A DNA stretch of 64,000 bases from an uncultured Verrucomicrobiae bacterium. GTDB taxonomy: Bacteria; Verrucomicrobiota; Verrucomicrobiia; Limisphaerales; AAA164-E04. The stretch's first letter is position 1. Every line of letters starts with the position of its first letter. Shown in pieces: positions 52,876 through 62,776 of this stretch. The notes beneath the pieces were generated by a model that made no database searches, was not told where the DNA came from, and was given only the letters and a program-made list of their open reading frames with translations. The stretch is taken from assembly GCA_951813855.1 (NCBI GenBank), contig OX638380.1:201060-265059 (forward strand), written 5' to 3'. The position numbers were made by a program, and so were the translations under genes.

Positions 52876-54386
52876 GGCGAGAGGCGGTTGTCGAGCAGAC
52901 TGGAGTACTGGCCGAGGTTGCCCACGGCGTGGTCTTGACGAGGAAGGGAAGGCTCCTGGAACGCAAAGCGAGTTCTCAGGGACTCGATATCGGGGAGGGA
53001 GCCGGTCCGGAACGATTCTTCGATGGCGTCGGCGATTTCCGCTTCGCAGCCGTTTTCGTGGGCCAAGGCAAGAAAATCGACGGTCAGACGGCACGCTTGT
53101 TTTTCGCTCACGGATACCTTCGTTTGATCGAAGAAGTGGCGATAGGCAGCTCGGGGAAAGAGATCATTGCGGTAGGTCAGACGTGCCAGAGCCATGGGTT
53201 GGCGCTTCAGGGACTGGATGACGTGCCGATAATCGATGATGTTGGGACGGTGAGTCCGAAGTCCTCGAGGCAGGGTTTCAATCCTCGTCGCTCCCTGGAA
53301 GAGTTCGATCCGGTCATCGAAGATGCGAGCCTTGAGCCGGTAGCCGATGAGTCGCGAAGGCACTGAGTAGTAAACTTTTCGAATGCGGCAGCCGGCGGTG
53401 CTGGTCACCGTGACCATGACCTCTTCGCAGTCGCAAGGATTCGACGGCGGCAGCGGGTTCAGCTGGCCCCGTTCGGTCTCGATGTCCTTCGCCACCCTGA
53501 CGTTTTCACGAGCGACGATTTCCGCGACGAAGGTTCGGTAGGCGTCCAGGCACTCGAAATCCCGGGATCCTCGGAGTTCCAGCTCGCCTCGAACCCGGTC
53601 CTTGAGATGACGGTGGGCGCTTTCGATGGCGCCGTTTTCGTGGGCCACGCCCCGGTTGTTGCGAAACGGTTTCATCCCGTAGTGTTCGCACAAGGCCTTG
53701 AAGCGTTCGGTCAAGTCCTCCGCTACGTCCTGGGCCAGATTGCGGAAGGCAGCGGAGAGACTGTCGGTTCGGAGCTCGTGGGGGACTCCGTCCAGTTCGG
53801 CGAAGGCACCCTGAATTCCCTCGGCCAAGGCGGTGAAGGACTCGCCGTTAATGACCACGGAGACGTATCGGTAGCACGACCATGGGAGGCGAAAGTGGAA
53901 GTACCTGTGCCGGAGCGATTCTCCCCGGATGGTGACTTCCCCGGACTTCAGGTGGGTGAAGTCGGCAATGGAGAAAGTGCCGGCAGGCCGCTTCGTCTGC
54001 GGGAACATGACTTCTTTTTCCGCACCGTTTTGGGCTCGCCACGCCCGAATCCGCCGTTCCAGGGTTCGGCGGTAGTTCGGCTTGAATTCCGGTTCGGTGT
54101 TCCGCAAATCGTGGAACACCGTGATGGGCTTGATGTCGGGGCATCGCTCCAGAATGGGGTCGACCTTGGATTCGAAGAACATGGCCAAGGGATCCGGACG
54201 AGTGCGCTGGCGGGGCGGAGAATCCTCCGACGGTTGATTTCCGGCCTGGATCTTGGCCTTTTCGAGGGTCCGATAGCCCGTTGAGCGATGGATCCCGATG
54301 GCGGCGGCGGCGGACGCGACTCCTTTTTTCGGGCGCAATTGCATGAACGGTTTCTTCTGTTGAGGTGTGACCCGTCGTTTGGTCAT
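52872..54386 (-). CDS. istA: IS21 transposase IstA
   Basis: RTRPDPL, RRTLERR, ADFT, GGVP-like DGVPHELRTDSLSAA, HENGAIESAH, YSVPSRLIG. Confidence 0.92.
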   Translation of the reverse strand: MTKRRVTPQQKKPFMQLRPKKGVASAAAAIGIHRSTGYRTLEKAKIQAGNQPSEDSPPRQRTRPDPLAMFFESKVDPILERCPDIKPITVFHDLRNTEPEFKPNYRRTLERRIRAWRAQNGAEKEVMFPQTKRPAGTFSIADFTHLKSGEVTIRGESLRHRYFHFRLPWSCYRYVSVVINGESFTALAEGIQGAFAELDGVPHELRTDSLSAAFRNLAQDVAEDLTERFKALCEHYGMKPFRNNRGVAHENGAIESAHRHLKDRVRGELELRGSRDFECLDAYRTFVAEIVARENVRVAKDIETERGQLNPLPPSNPCDCEEVMVTVTSTAGCRIRKVYYSVPSRLIGYRLKARIFDDRIELFQGATRIETLPRGLRTHRPNIIDYRHVIQSLKRQPMALARLTYRNDLFPRAAYRHFFDQTKVSVSEKQACRLTVDFLALAHENGCEAEIADAIEESFRTGSLPDIESLRTRFAFQEPSLPRQDHAVGNLGQYSSLLDNRLSP

Positions 54387-54553
54387 GTTGGTTCTCCGTC
54401 TGCATACGTGGTCGTGCCGACGGGCCAACTATCCACCGATCAGAAGAACTTGCAGCCTTTCCTGGGCAGGGTTCCCCAGACACCGGGGAATCCTTCCCTC
54501 CGATTTGTCGCATTGTAATTGTCGCTGTGTCGCAAAGTAATTGAGACGGAACA

Positions 54554-55383
54554 TTCCTGGAACTGTTTCGGATGTTACAACGAAACGGAGTGTTGAAGCG
54601 ATATTGGTGGGAAGACAAGCATTTTCTCGTGTCGATCGACGGCACCGGTGTTTTCTCTTCCAATCATCTTCACTGTGAACACTGCTGTCAAAAACGACAC
54701 GAAAACGGTGTGATCACCTATTACCATCAAGCCGTGGGAGCCGCCGTGGTTCATCCGGACCAGTCGGAGGTTATTCCGCTGGCACCGGAGCCGGTCAGCA
54801 AGCAATTAATCGGCTCGGAAGCCGACCCGGAGGTGGGCCCGAAGGACGAGGAACTCACCGACTTTCCATGCCGGTATACGGACCGTTACCGATGGGATAA
54901 CAGCAATAAATGACTCATCAACGATGGCGAGAGCCGAGCCATCCGGCGGCTGGTCACCAGGCTTCATCGGGAACATCCCCGCCTGAAGATCGTCGTATTG
55001 GCCGATGGGCTTCAATCCAACGCCCCGTTTATCAAGCTCCTGAAACGGTATCGAATGTCCTTTATCATCGTCGCCAGACCAAGCAATCACGAACATTTAT
55101 TCGAGCTATTTGTGAAAGCGGATGAGACCGGTGAATCCCACCGGCTCGTATGTTGGGACCAAGCTGGCGTCAAGTATACGTACATCTGGGTAAATCAACA
55201 GCCGCTGAACCAAGCTAATCCCGATCTTAAAATTAATTTTTTATGGTGCGAAATCGAAGCTCCGGGTGAAAAGCCGGCGATTTTTTCTTGGGTCACGGAT
55301 TGGGAAATCAATGACTCCAATGTTCAAAAAATAGCGCGGACCGGTCGCCGCCGGTGGCAAATCGAGGATACGTTTAATAGTTT
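54554..55383 (+). pseudogene. Internal fragment of the unclassified DDE transposase (copy A)
   Basis: SIDGTGVFSSNHLHCEHCC, LADGL, RRRWQIEDTFN. Near-identical to copy B, with an internal stop at about 54911. Confidence 0.85.
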
Positions 55384-55500
55384 CAGACTTCCTGACATGA
55401 CCTAACCATAGAAACGATTAAAATTCATCAAAAGCCAATAAAATCAGCTTTTTCGAAAAATGCGGTTGACATTTCGAAATTTTGTGCTAATAATAAAATT

Positions 55501-56081
55501 GTGCACAAATGCGAATCACGGAACTCGTTTAATTTCGATTCTCAGCCTCAAAATGCGATCGTTATCGATGGCCGTCTTGCGATGTCATCGCAAGACGGCA
55601 TGACCTGTTATTTTTCCGATTTGGAACCGGTATTTCAGCATGCCGATAAAGACCAGGCTTCGCGGCGCCTGATCATTGGCATGCTTCATGTGATGAATAA
55701 GATTTCTCAGAAACGTTTGACCGAAGTGTTTGGAGTCCATCGAAACACGGTGTCGTCTACCTCGGCTCAATTCCGTGCTAAGGGAATGGCTTCTTTCTTT
55801 GAAAAAAAAACGGGTCGAGGCCGCACGGTTCTGACTCCAAAGATCATTGAATCAGGAATTCAACTGCTAGCCGAGGGGAAGAGTCAACGCGGTGCCGCCA
55901 AGGTTCTGGGAATCAATCCGGTCACCTTTCATTTGGGTTGTAAAGCGGGACTGATTCAAGTGCCGTCAAAGCCCTTGAAGACGGAGGCTCTCGAAACCGA
56001 GAAAAAGCTGGCTAAGGCCACGGAACGTTCCGAACGAAATACTAAGGACCAGCAGACGTCGAGAGGTCGTGCGACTCATGC
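55501..56081 (+). pseudogene. N-terminus of a putative transposase with two HTH motifs, truncated by an IS
   Basis: PVFQHADKD…SQKRLTEVFGVHRNTV…FFEKKTGRGRTVLT…GKSQRGAAKVLGI. The element begins about 55383 (TCAGACTTCCTGAC), inside another transposase. Confidence 0.6.
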
Positions 56082-57473
56082 CAGCAATTCCCACTGAAGA
56101 AGAAAATCCAGTAAAAACAAGGGTTTTCTCAATCGGGTTTTCGCGCTGATTTCTTTAAATATTTTCAGCATTTCTTCCAAAACTATGCTGCATTAATGGT
56201 GGTTTCGTTGTAATCGCTGTTTTTTCGTATCTTTTCCTGACCAAAACGTGATTTGACGCTTTTTGGCCCTGGATCGGGTGCCGAAATTCGTCTTAACCCG
56301 TTCTCCCGACGTATTTTCCGGCCAGAAAAGCCATCCGAGAGGATCTCGAGTTGTTCTCGAACTCAGGAGGCTGCGATCTGCCGGGGTCTCAGTGTCAGTC
56401 CCATGTTTTGATTCCGTTCGGCGTGCCGACCGGCCTGATCCGTCGTGGAACAAGCCGATCCTCATAACCAATCAACGAAAGGTTTTCCCTGGTGAAATTC
56501 CGCAAAAAGTTACTCAAACCCAATATCATTGGGAGGATTTGGGGGTGTTTTCGCCTCGTTCCCCGCCCCTGCCGCAAAAGCAGGTTCGAGGTCACCGACC
56601 ATTTGATGAGCGCGTTTGCGGCGTTGCAGCAGAAATTTTCCTCGTTACTGGGCTTTGACGAAGCCACTCGAGGTCGGAAACGAAAGGTGACGAGCCGAAG
56701 AACCCGGGCTAACTTGCGCCGACTGTATCGTATCAAACGAGTGCCTTCTGATTCGGGATTACGCAAATTCCTGGATCGGATCAATCCCATTCATCTTCGA
56801 TCCGCGTTCCTGGAACTGTTTCGGATGTTACAACGAAACTGAGTGTTGAAGCGATATTGGTGGGAAAACAAGCATTATCTCGTGTCGATCGACGGCACCG
56901 GTGTTTTCTCTTCCAACCATCTTCACTGTGAACACTGCTGTCAAAAACAACACGAAAACGGTGCGATCACCTATTACCATCAAGCCGTGGGAGCCGCCGT
57001 GGTTCATCCGGACCAGCCGGAGGTTATTCCGCTGGCACCGGAGCCGGTCAGCAAGCAATTAATCGGCTCGGAAGCCGACCCGGAGGTGGGCCCGGAGGAC
57101 GAGGAACTCACCGACTTTCCATGCCGGTATATTGACCGTTACCGATGGGAAAACACCAATCAATGGCTCATCAACGATTGCGAGAGCCGAGCCATCCGGC
57201 GGCTGGTCACCAGGCTTCATCGGGAACATCCCCGCCTGAAGATCGTCGTATTGGCCGATGGGCTTCATTCCAACGCCCCGTTTATCAAGCTCCTGAAACG
57301 GTATCGAATGTCCTTTATCATCGTCGCCAGACCAAGCAATCACGAACATTTATTCGAGCTATTTGTGAAAGCGGATGAGACCGGTGAATCCCACCGGTTC
57401 GTATGTTGGGACAAGGCTGGCGTCAAGTATACGTACATCTGGGTGAATCAACAGCCGCTGAACCAAGCTAATC

Positions 57474-59638
57474 CAGGACTTTTTCATGCTAATAATTTTT
57501 GATCGACGATCGTTTTTTTTAAGTGTCGAGCGGAGTATTTCGATTCGTCGGAAAAACTGTTTTTCCGAATTATGCTTCGAGTTAGGCGGCGATTGCCGAT
57601 TGAGACGAGTTTCAGCCGGACAGGAGACTGAACCGGTGCGAGTATCGGTCGAACGATCAATTCGCCGACCGAATCAGCAGGGAGGAAGCGTCGGTAATCA
57701 GGAAGGTCGGGTCAGTTTTTTTTCGGACGTTTAAACGGGGTGGTTTTCGTGACGGCTCGCAACCCTTGGTTCCGATTCGTCTGAAAATCGTCGGTAGCTT
57801 CGGCCATATTAGAGTATCCCGACTGGAGAATGATCGCCAAGGCCAGGTTGTTGAAGAGGGCATTGTTCGTCGGCCCATGGCGAGTTCGCATAAGACAATC
57901 ATCTTCGCCGAAAATCCCGTCGCGACGGCGGTGATTGCCGTTTTCTACCGTCCAATGTCCCCGATTGAGTGACAACAATCGTTGAGCGTCGGCAGCTTCC
58001 GGAGGCAACGAAGTGACGCCGTAAGCATATTCCACGGTCTCGGGCCCACCGTTTAAATGATGGCGGTGTCGAAGGATCCGAAAGACTTGGAGGACATGCG
58101 GTAATTTGACGGCTCCGGGAAGGGGTTCATAGGTTTGAATGCTCCGTTGATCGATGCGGCCATGTCCTTTCTCCGGGTTTTCGGTGAACCGGTCCTGGGC
58201 CACTCGATCCCAATCCAGGCTGGTCAAAAATTGAGAGAGTTCGGGGTTGTTCTCTTTGACCGTGAAGAGAAAATGGGCTCCGTTAACCAACACGATGGCA
58301 TCGGCCATGACTCGGTTAGTATGGAGCGCATCGATCGTAATGATGGCTCCCCGGATATCGACATCCTCCAAGAGAGCCGCCATCGCCGCCTGTTCGCCGC
58401 CTTGGTCTCGGCAAATGCGAACGGCGAGGGGCACCGCATCTTGATGGCGCACGAGGATGACGGTCTCGAAATGGTCTTTGCTGTTGCGATTAGCTCCGTT
58501 GATCCGCTTCCCGTCAGCAGCCAAGGCTTCCAAGGGTTGTCGAGTCAATTGGGCCGTTACCCAGCGGTGAGTTACCGTTTGCAACGCTTCCGGATCCGTC
58601 TCGGTCATGACCCGGTGAATCGTCGCGAGAGACGGGGCCACGCAACGGCCCTTGGCGTTGCGCCACGCCCCGAGAGTCTGCAATTGATTTGGCGTCATTT
58701 TTTGGGCGTAACGCGAAGTCGCCAAGGGGCCGACCTTGCCGGCCAATCGAGCTAAGATGCAGATAGCGAGGACCATTTCCAGCCGATGTTTGCGTCCTTG
58801 TGCCCGGCGAAAATCAGCCATTTCCGCGAGCAGTTGCACCAATGATTTCAACTGTTTCGGGGATGTTTCTACCCGCTGCACCTGGGGGCCCCAAGACGGA
58901 TCGTCCTGACGCTTCCTTAATCGGGAACAGGCTTGGGGCCGCAAGGGATAAACGTACATTTCCTTCTTGATATTGTGCCGGGCGGTATAGCGTCCGTTGC
59001 TGCGAGCGTAGCCTTGCGATTGCCCTACCGCCCGCCAATTCCCCGCGCGATAGATCGTGCCCGCGAAGTGTCGGGGATCGACGAAAGTTTCGGCCAATTC
59101 CAGCGGATGACCCCAGGTCCGTTGCCAATCGGCACTCAGACGGCGCAGCATTTTGGCCATGACGCAGCTCCCCAGATTGCGCACTTCGCCCCGCTCGGTA
59201 AGCAGGAGGAATCGGGTATTGTTGGCAATCAAATGAAGCCGACGAAACTGCTCTCGTTTTTTCCATCCGAGCCACTTGTCTCGCGGGCGACACTTGAACA
59301 CTCCGCTTTGCCAGCCGGCTAACGCCAACCACCGGCCTCGGTACTCGGCAACATAACGCAGCCCGCGTCCGGCAAAGCCTTTGAAACCCAAGCGATGGTT
59401 CTGATCCATCAGCGAATCCCAGCGTCTTCGCTCACTGCTCTTCACTAATCGAACAGTCACCAGCTTGAGGTTGATTTTGGCGTCCATGAGGAACCAATAA
59501 CGACCGGAGAATGAAAAAGCCAGCTTTATTTTCCCATTTCGAAGGCGCTAAAGTTTCGGCTCTCTGGTGAAGGGAAAAAGCGAATATGTCCCGAAATCGG
59601 TGACACGGGCCTCTAGCGATTAGCGTGAAAAAACCCTG
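57474..59638 (-). mobile_element. ISAs1-family insertion sequence, copy 2, intact
   Basis: Same IRs as copy 1. A 10-bp target duplication CAAGCTAATC lies at 57464-57473 and 59639-59648. Confidence 0.95.
57712..59487 (-). CDS. ISAs1 transposase with N-terminal DUF4338 domain (591 aa)
   Basis: N-terminal [14 protein letters not shown]…RDKWLGW…ANNTRFLLL…ETFVDP…GTIYRAGNW. The C-terminal ISAs1 DDE core includes GHWTVEN. Confidence 0.92.
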   Translation of the reverse strand: MDAKINLKLVTVRLVKSSERRRWDSLMDQNHRLGFKGFAGRGLRYVAEYRGRWLALAGWQSGVFKCRPRDKWLGWKKREQFRRLHLIANNTRFLLLTERGEVRNLGSCVMAKMLRRLSADWQRTWGHPLELAETFVDPRHFAGTIYRAGNWRAVGQSQGYARSNGRYTARHNIKKEMYVYPLRPQACSRLRKRQDDPSWGPQVQRVETSPKQLKSLVQLLAEMADFRRAQGRKHRLEMVLAICILARLAGKVGPLATSRYAQKMTPNQLQTLGAWRNAKGRCVAPSLATIHRVMTETDPEALQTVTHRWVTAQLTRQPLEALAADGKRINGANRNSKDHFETVILVRHQDAVPLAVRICRDQGGEQAAMAALLEDVDIRGAIITIDALHTNRVMADAIVLVNGAHFLFTVKENNPELSQFLTSLDWDRVAQDRFTENPEKGHGRIDQRSIQTYEPLPGAVKLPHVLQVFRILRHRHHLNGGPETVEYAYGVTSLPPEAADAQRLLSLNRGHWTVENGNHRRRDGIFGEDDCLMRTRHGPTNNALFNNLALAIILQSGYSNMAEATDDFQTNRNQGLRAVTKTTPFKRPKKN

Positions 59639-60347
59639 CAAGCTAATCCCGATCTTAAAATTAATTTTTTATGGTGCGAAATCGAAGCTCCGGGTGAAAA
59701 GCCGGCGATTTTTTCTTGGGTCACGGATTGGGAAATCAATGACTCCAACGTTCAAAAAATAGCGCGGGCCGGTCGCCGCCGGTGGCAAATCGAGGATACG
59801 TTTAATAGTTTGAAAAATCGCGGGTACCAGTTGGAGCACAATTATGGCCACGGAAAAGAACATCTCGCCACGGTTTTTCTGTTTTTGATGATGCTGGCGG
59901 TGCTGGTAGATCAAATGGAACTGATCGCCTGCTCTCTCTTTAAACGGGCGCCTCAGATGATCGGATCGCTCCAGGAAGTCTGGGTAGAAATCAGATGCCA
60001 TCTTCGCATGCATCGTCTCAAGGATTGGAACCACCTCTACCAGTTACTCGGGTATGGGATGCTCGACTTCGTGCCTAAACCTGCTGCCCTCACCTAGTCG
60101 GCGATATTCTGACCGGGATCGCTAGTCGGCGACCTCAAAAAAAACTCGATTTAGATCGAGCTCGGAGTGGTGCGTTCTGACCTCGTTCATCTATCGGGCG
60201 AAACGCAAAATAAATCACCTGATCAAGGGAAAAAACGAAATTTTATCTGAAATCAGTCTTGAAAATCCGTTTTTCGAAAGTATTTAACATATTTATAAAT
60301 AAATTTCACACAATTACTATCTGACCTGACTTCAGTGGGAATTGCTG

Positions 60348-61654
60348 TCGTCTGCATGGCCCGCACCCAAAACGATGATTTGCTTAAAACACTTCAATAT
60401 GAATTAAAATACATTGAGAACGAATTCTATTACGGCATATTTTCCGGGCTTTTCTCAGAAGTCAATCTAAGCTCCGACAAACTCGGCAGGACCTACGCAG
60501 ACCGAAACATGCTGCTTTGTACGATCATCACTAAGATCGATGATCGACTTATGGATTTCTCGACTGATAACGACACCTTAATCCACGCTTATGAGTACTT
60601 AATCGACGAGTTTGCTGCAAATGTAAATTGGATGGTCGGTGATTTCCACACTCCGTATCGAGTATCTAACATTCTTTCCGAGATTGTCACTCTCGACAGC
60701 CAAAAACCGAAAAAAGGCAAACGGGCTTACCTCGCCAGAATAATGGACTTTGCTTGCGGAACGGGTTCGCTACTACTAAATGTCCGTAAGCGCATGGGGA
60801 TAAATGGCATCGGTAAGGTTTACGGACAGGAGAAAAAAATTCCATTTACAATCTTGCACGAATGAACATGCTGCTTCACGGATTGAAAGACTCAGATTTC
60901 AAGCTATACCACGGTGATTCTCTAACCAACGACTGGGACATGCTCCGTGAAATTGACCCAACCAAAAAACTTAATTTTGACGCTGTGATTTCATTCCCGC
61001 CGTACTTCTATCAATGGGACTCGGACCCAACGTTAAGTGATGACATTCGTTTTGTTAACTATGAATTTGATCCGAAGTCATCACCTGATTTCGCTTTTTT
61101 ACTTCATGGATTTCACTATCTCAAAAAGAATGGTGTTATGGCCATCATTATGGCGCAACGCACTATGTTACGCGACGCGGACGTAACGAATATTCACCGC
61201 AAACTCATCACCGACGGACACGTCGACACAATTATCGGCTTACCGGGCAATATATTTCACTCAACCGGCACTCCTTTTAGCATTGTTGTTTTGAAGAAGT
61301 GCCGAAAAACGAATGACGTTTTGTTTATCAACGCATCCGAACATTTCAAAAAAAGGCAGACGGAAAAACTACTTATCAAATCAACATGTAAAAAAGATTA
61401 TCGACACCTATCGGGAGCGCCCCGAATACGTTGTTCAATACGCCAGACGCGTGAAAAGAGAAGAAATCGAGGTCAACGATTTTGAACTTAATATTACCAG
61501 CTATGTCAACACGGACGAATTGGATTTCGCGATTGATTTATCGGCAACACACTCGGATCTGGTCAAAATTAATAAACAAACTTGGGAAGTAACGGTAAAG
61601 CACAACGAGTTTCTCAAGGAGCTTGGCCTATCTTCATTGCCAACAACCGATTAA
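60348..61654 (+). pseudogene. hsdM: Second type I methyltransferase subunit M, 5'-truncated, with two frameshifts
   Basis: AYEYLI…GDFHTP, MDFACGTGSLL, YGQE, MNMLLHG, IIGLPGNIF, VLFINAS. Motif IV reads SFPPY. Shifts fall at A7 runs near 60835 and 61350. Confidence 0.88.
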
Positions 61655-61844
61655 CCCGAGCCCAGCAAAAATTAATTCCGTTCAATCTTGGTATACGTTT
61701 TTCGCTTAACTCGGTTCTTTTGAACGCAGTAAAAAGATCCATTCACCCAGCGAACGAGCACCCCGTTCGGTCACTATCGAAAATCAAGATTTCGTTACGC
61801 TGACGGTTACTTCAACACTATTGTGTTGCTCTGGAATCCGATTA

Positions 61845-62165
61845 TTACCGGCGCTTCAGACCACTCAATTTACGGAAAAGCGTTCGTGCAAAATCAGCGA
61901 AAGCGCCAACGAGTCGAAGAAACGCCGACTTCACGTTACCCTCTCCTGACGAATCGGATCGACGGCTCCACAACTGTGACACCAAGTCTTCCCCTTTTAC
62001 ATGAACAATTTTGCCGTCCTTCATTATCGCAACGGTGAGACCGTGTTCGGCTGCTCGCCGGTGAGCGCGTTCCGCTGCTCTGAGCATCGCGGCTTCGAAG
62101 CCGTCAATATCTGAATTCTGAGTTGTCGTTGTCTTTCGAGGCGTGATTGATTCTAGCGATTTCAT
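61845..62165 (-). CDS. Small protein coupled to the zeta-like ATPase (putative antitoxin)
   Basis: AAMLRAAERAHRRA…GLTVAIMKDGKIV resembles the usual partner of this ATPase family. ATGA overlap at 62162-62165. Confidence 0.6.
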   Translation of the reverse strand: MKSLESITPRKTTTTQNSDIDGFEAAMLRAAERAHRRAAEHGLTVAIMKDGKIVHVKGEDLVSQLWSRRSDSSGEGNVKSAFLRLVGAFADFARTLFRKLSGLKRR

Positions 62166-62686
62166 TCGTTTTGACCCTTTTCAATCAAATTCGGAACCGG
62201 CCCAGTGTTGTCATAAACGGTCCATTCATTCACTAATTTCTGATAGATGCAATTGAAATTGCGCCACCCTTCGTCGTAACGCCGTCGAACGACCGCCTCC
62301 GGCACGTCGTGTCCACCTTCCGATACTCGCTGGCGGACGCGAGATATCGCTATCTCCGGTATCGCCAAACGCAGATAAATCAGTTTCACGAAATAGCCTC
62401 GCTCTCGCCAAAACGGAATTCTGCGCCCGTAATTTCGGCCGCTCAAGGTAGTCTCGAAGGAAAAACTTTTTCCCTCTGTCACGTACCTATCAATCGTTTC
62501 GAGCATCAGACGACCGGCACGAAACGCGACGGAAGACGGTCGAAAAGGATGCAAACCGGCCGCAATCAAATCCGCGTTGACGAAATTGAGGCACTCCGCC
62601 TCATTCGGCAAGACCTCCGTTGCGAAAGTCGTCTTTCCCGCCCCGTTCGGCCCGGCGATGATCACTATGATTCCCCGCGAAGTCAC
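62162..62686 (-). CDS. Zeta-toxin-like P-loop kinase/ATPase (COG4185-like)
   Basis: IAGPNGAGKTT, FVNADLIA, FETTLSG, RVRQRVSEGGHDVPE, YDNT. Confidence 0.88.
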   Translation of the reverse strand: MTSRGIIVIIAGPNGAGKTTFATEVLPNEAECLNFVNADLIAAGLHPFRPSSVAFRAGRLMLETIDRYVTEGKSFSFETTLSGRNYGRRIPFWRERGYFVKLIYLRLAIPEIAISRVRQRVSEGGHDVPEAVVRRRYDEGWRNFNCIYQKLVNEWTVYDNTGPVPNLIEKGQNE

Positions 62687-62776
62687 TCGCTCGTTCGCTC
62701 CCGCCTGAATCCCGTCCCGTTAACGCCCTCTCGTTTTGTTTGGCGTAACGACGAAATTGCGATTAAACATACCTTC

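Larger units (their letters stand above)
51361..54553 (-). mobile_element. IS21-family element
   Basis: TG…CA ends with repeated IR motif GCGACAATTACAATGCGACA / TGTCGCATTGTAATTGTCGC. Carries istA and istB. Confidence 0.92.
56082..60347 (+). mobile_element. Unclassified DDE (IS4-superfamily/ISNCY-like) insertion sequence copy B, interrupted by ISAs1
   Basis: Perfect 18-bp IR CAGCAATTCCCACTGAAG / CTTCAGTGGGAATTGCTG. The transposase spans 56492..60097 with a TGA at 56840 and ends LKNRGYQLEHNYGHG. Confidence 0.88.
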
